A stretch of 64,000 bases of DNA from the NCBI GenBank assembly GCA_963813555.1, contig CAWEZX010000003.1:7882-71881 (forward strand), read 5' to 3'. Below the pieces are notes generated by a model, which saw only the letters and a list, made by a program, of their open reading frames with translations, was not told where the DNA came from and did no database searches. The DNA is from an uncultured Alphaproteobacteria bacterium. Lineage in GTDB: Bacteria; Pseudomonadota; Alphaproteobacteria; Rhizobiales; Beijerinckiaceae. Numbering within the stretch: the first letter of the stretch is position 1; each line of letters begins with the position of its first letter. Below, one piece after another: positions 62,099-64,000 of the stretch. Position numbers and translations under genes: made by a program.

Positions 62099-62706
62099 TG
62101 GCGAAGCTGCCGCAATCGAGGCGCGTCGGCGAGAATTTGCTTCCGTCGACGCCGCGACCGGCTGAACGCGGGCCGCTCGAGGAGTTGGTCACGGCCCTTG
62201 TCGATCTCGACGTGAATAGGCTTCGCCTGCAATGGCGCAACCACTTGGGCGGGACCGCACCTACCCATTTGCCGCGGTGGCTGTTCTGGAGGGTCTTGGC
62301 CTATCGCCTCCAGGCCGCCGCGCTTGGCGGTCTCGACAAAGAGACGCTGTGCGTCGTTCGCCAGCCGAAGGGCCAGACGCTCGATTCCCCGGTCAGCCGT
62401 CCCTTCGAAGCGCGGATCCCGGCGACCCGGGAGGGGGCCACCCTCGGAGCGGGCTCGCTGCTCACTCGGGAGTGGAACGGCAAGCTTGAACGGGTGATGG
62501 TGCTGGAAAAGGGCTTCGCCTGGAACGGTAAGTCCTATGGCAGCCTGTCGCAGATCGCCAAGGCGATGACAGGCACGAGCTGGAGCGGCCACCGTTTCTT
62601 CGGCTTGCGCGCGGCGAAATCCGGTCCGTCAGCACGCGCTCTGGCCGGCAAGATCGCCCTCGCTCATCCCGAGAAATGCGGTCGTGACGCGGCTACTTCG
62701 CCATGA
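62095..62706 (+). CDS. DUF2924 family protein
   Basis: LAYRLQ, LTREWNG, YGSLSQIAKAMTGTSWSGHRFFGL. Confidence 0.85.
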   Translation: MMAKLPQSRRVGENLLPSTPRPAERGPLEELVTALVDLDVNRLRLQWRNHLGGTAPTHLPRWLFWRVLAYRLQAAALGGLDKETLCVVRQPKGQTLDSPVSRPFEARIPATREGATLGAGSLLTREWNGKLERVMVLEKGFAWNGKSYGSLSQIAKAMTGTSWSGHRFFGLRAAKSGPSARALAGKIALAHPEKCGRDAATSP

Positions 62707-64000
62707 AGCCCGAGAGCCGCAAGGCGAGCCTCCGCTGCGCGATCTACACCCGCGTCTCCACCGAGCACGGCCTGGAGCAGGAGTTCAACTCGCTCGACAA
62801 TCAGCGGGAAGCATCGGAAGCCTACATCAAAAGTCAGGCCCACGAAGGCTGGCGGCTGATCCGGAATCGCTACGACGACGGCGGCTATTCCGGAGGTTCG
62901 ATGGACAGGCCGGCGCTAAAGAAGCTGCTGGACGACGTTCGGGCGAGACGGATCGACGTGATCGTCGTCTACAAGGTCGACCGGCTTACCCGCTCTCTTG
63001 CTGACTTCGCCAAACTGGTCGAACTCTTCGATGCGCATCGGGTGTCGTTCGTCTCGGTCACCCAGTCGTTCAACACGACGACCAGCATGGGACGATTGAC
63101 CCTGAACGTCCTCCTGTCCTTCGCCCAATTCGAGCGCGAGGTCACGGGCGAGCGGATACGCGACAAGATCGCGGCCTCGAAGAAGAAGGGCATTTGGATG
63201 GGCGGCGTGGTTCCGCTCGGCTATCGGGTCGAGAACCGGGCGCTGTATGTCCTCAAAGAGCATGCGGAATTCGTTCGCGATCTCTTCCAGCGCTATCTCG
63301 AGACCGGCAGCGTCGTGCAGCTCAAGGCCATCCTTGATCAGCAGGACACCAGGCTGCCGACTCGAACCGATGGGACTGGCAAGACCACCGGCGGCGGGCT
63401 CATCAGCCGCGGTCATCTCTATAAGATCCTGCGAACCCGATCTATGTCGGGCGGCTGACCCACAAGGATCGGGTGCATGACGGCCTTCACGACCCGATCG
63501 TGGATAGCGAGACCTGGGGCCAAGTCCAATCCTTGCTCGCGGAGCATGCCCAACACACGAACACCGTCCGGCTGAGACTCCGACGCCCTCCTTGCCGGCA
63601 AGCTCTTTGACGATCGCGGCAACCGAATGAGTCCAAGCCACGCGACCAAGGGCGGACGCCGATGGCGCTACTATGTCTCGCAGGCGATTCTGCAGGGCCG
63701 CAAGCAAGATGCGGGGACCATCGCTCGTGTGCCAGCGATGGAGATCGAACGAAGAGTTGGCGAAGCGGTGCGAGCAGCCTTGTCCGATTCCGATCGTCAG
63801 CTTGCGATCGGATCGCAAGGCGGTCAACGCCGCACCAATCACCCCGGCGCGCCAACCGACTTTCCCGCTCCGACGAAAGCTGCGCCTTCGGGCGCCACTG
63901 AACCCGCCGTTGACCTGCGCGCCGTGGTAGAGCGCGTAATGATCACTCGGACGACGATCGAGATCGAGCTCGGTGAGGCGATTGCGGGAGAAGATCAGGA
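62703..64000 (+). pseudogene. Large serine recombinase with a -1 frameshift near 63436; runs off the window
   Basis: YTRVST, DDGGYSGG; ATC CTG CGA ACC where the paralog reads ILSNPIY; continues in another frame. Confidence 0.88.

Overview
High-GC alphaproteobacterial accessory region (Hyphomicrobiales-like; inferred from gene content) made of nested and decayed mobile elements with cargo blocks. Cargo: (i) a pyruvate/2-oxoacid:acceptor oxidoreductase operon; (ii) a pxpA/BCCP/biotin carboxylase/pxpB/pxpC-like plus TorT-family ABC importer operon, flanked by inverted tRNA-Ala-like element ends; (iii) two nonsense-inactivated adenylate-cyclase-family genes; (iv) a glycan-modification cluster (GT2-methyltransferase fusion, methyltransferase, two DegT, WbqC, sulfotransferase); (v) an IS6-bracketed operon fragment with a DegT enzyme, a degenerate ureohydrolase and a ureohydrolase fused to a domain resembling a class I aminoacyl-tRNA synthetase; (vi) trbCDE remnants. 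Mobile content: two tyrosine-recombinase/Y2-HUH (IS91-like) elements, four pieces of DUF3489-DUF2924-serine recombinase modules, and an IS21 with both genes interrupted at catalytic motifs. One interruption is an IS1111 whose 3' non-coding region carries guides matching its own target. The other is a 2594-bp serine-recombinase element whose first ORF would gain a start codon only in the circular form. Also a group II intron 5' remnant, an IS6-like 133-bp MITE, IS6, IS1182, IS110, and IS66/IS256/IS630 fragments. No intact tRNA, rRNA or CRISPR array was seen. Family names are from motif recognition, not database searches.
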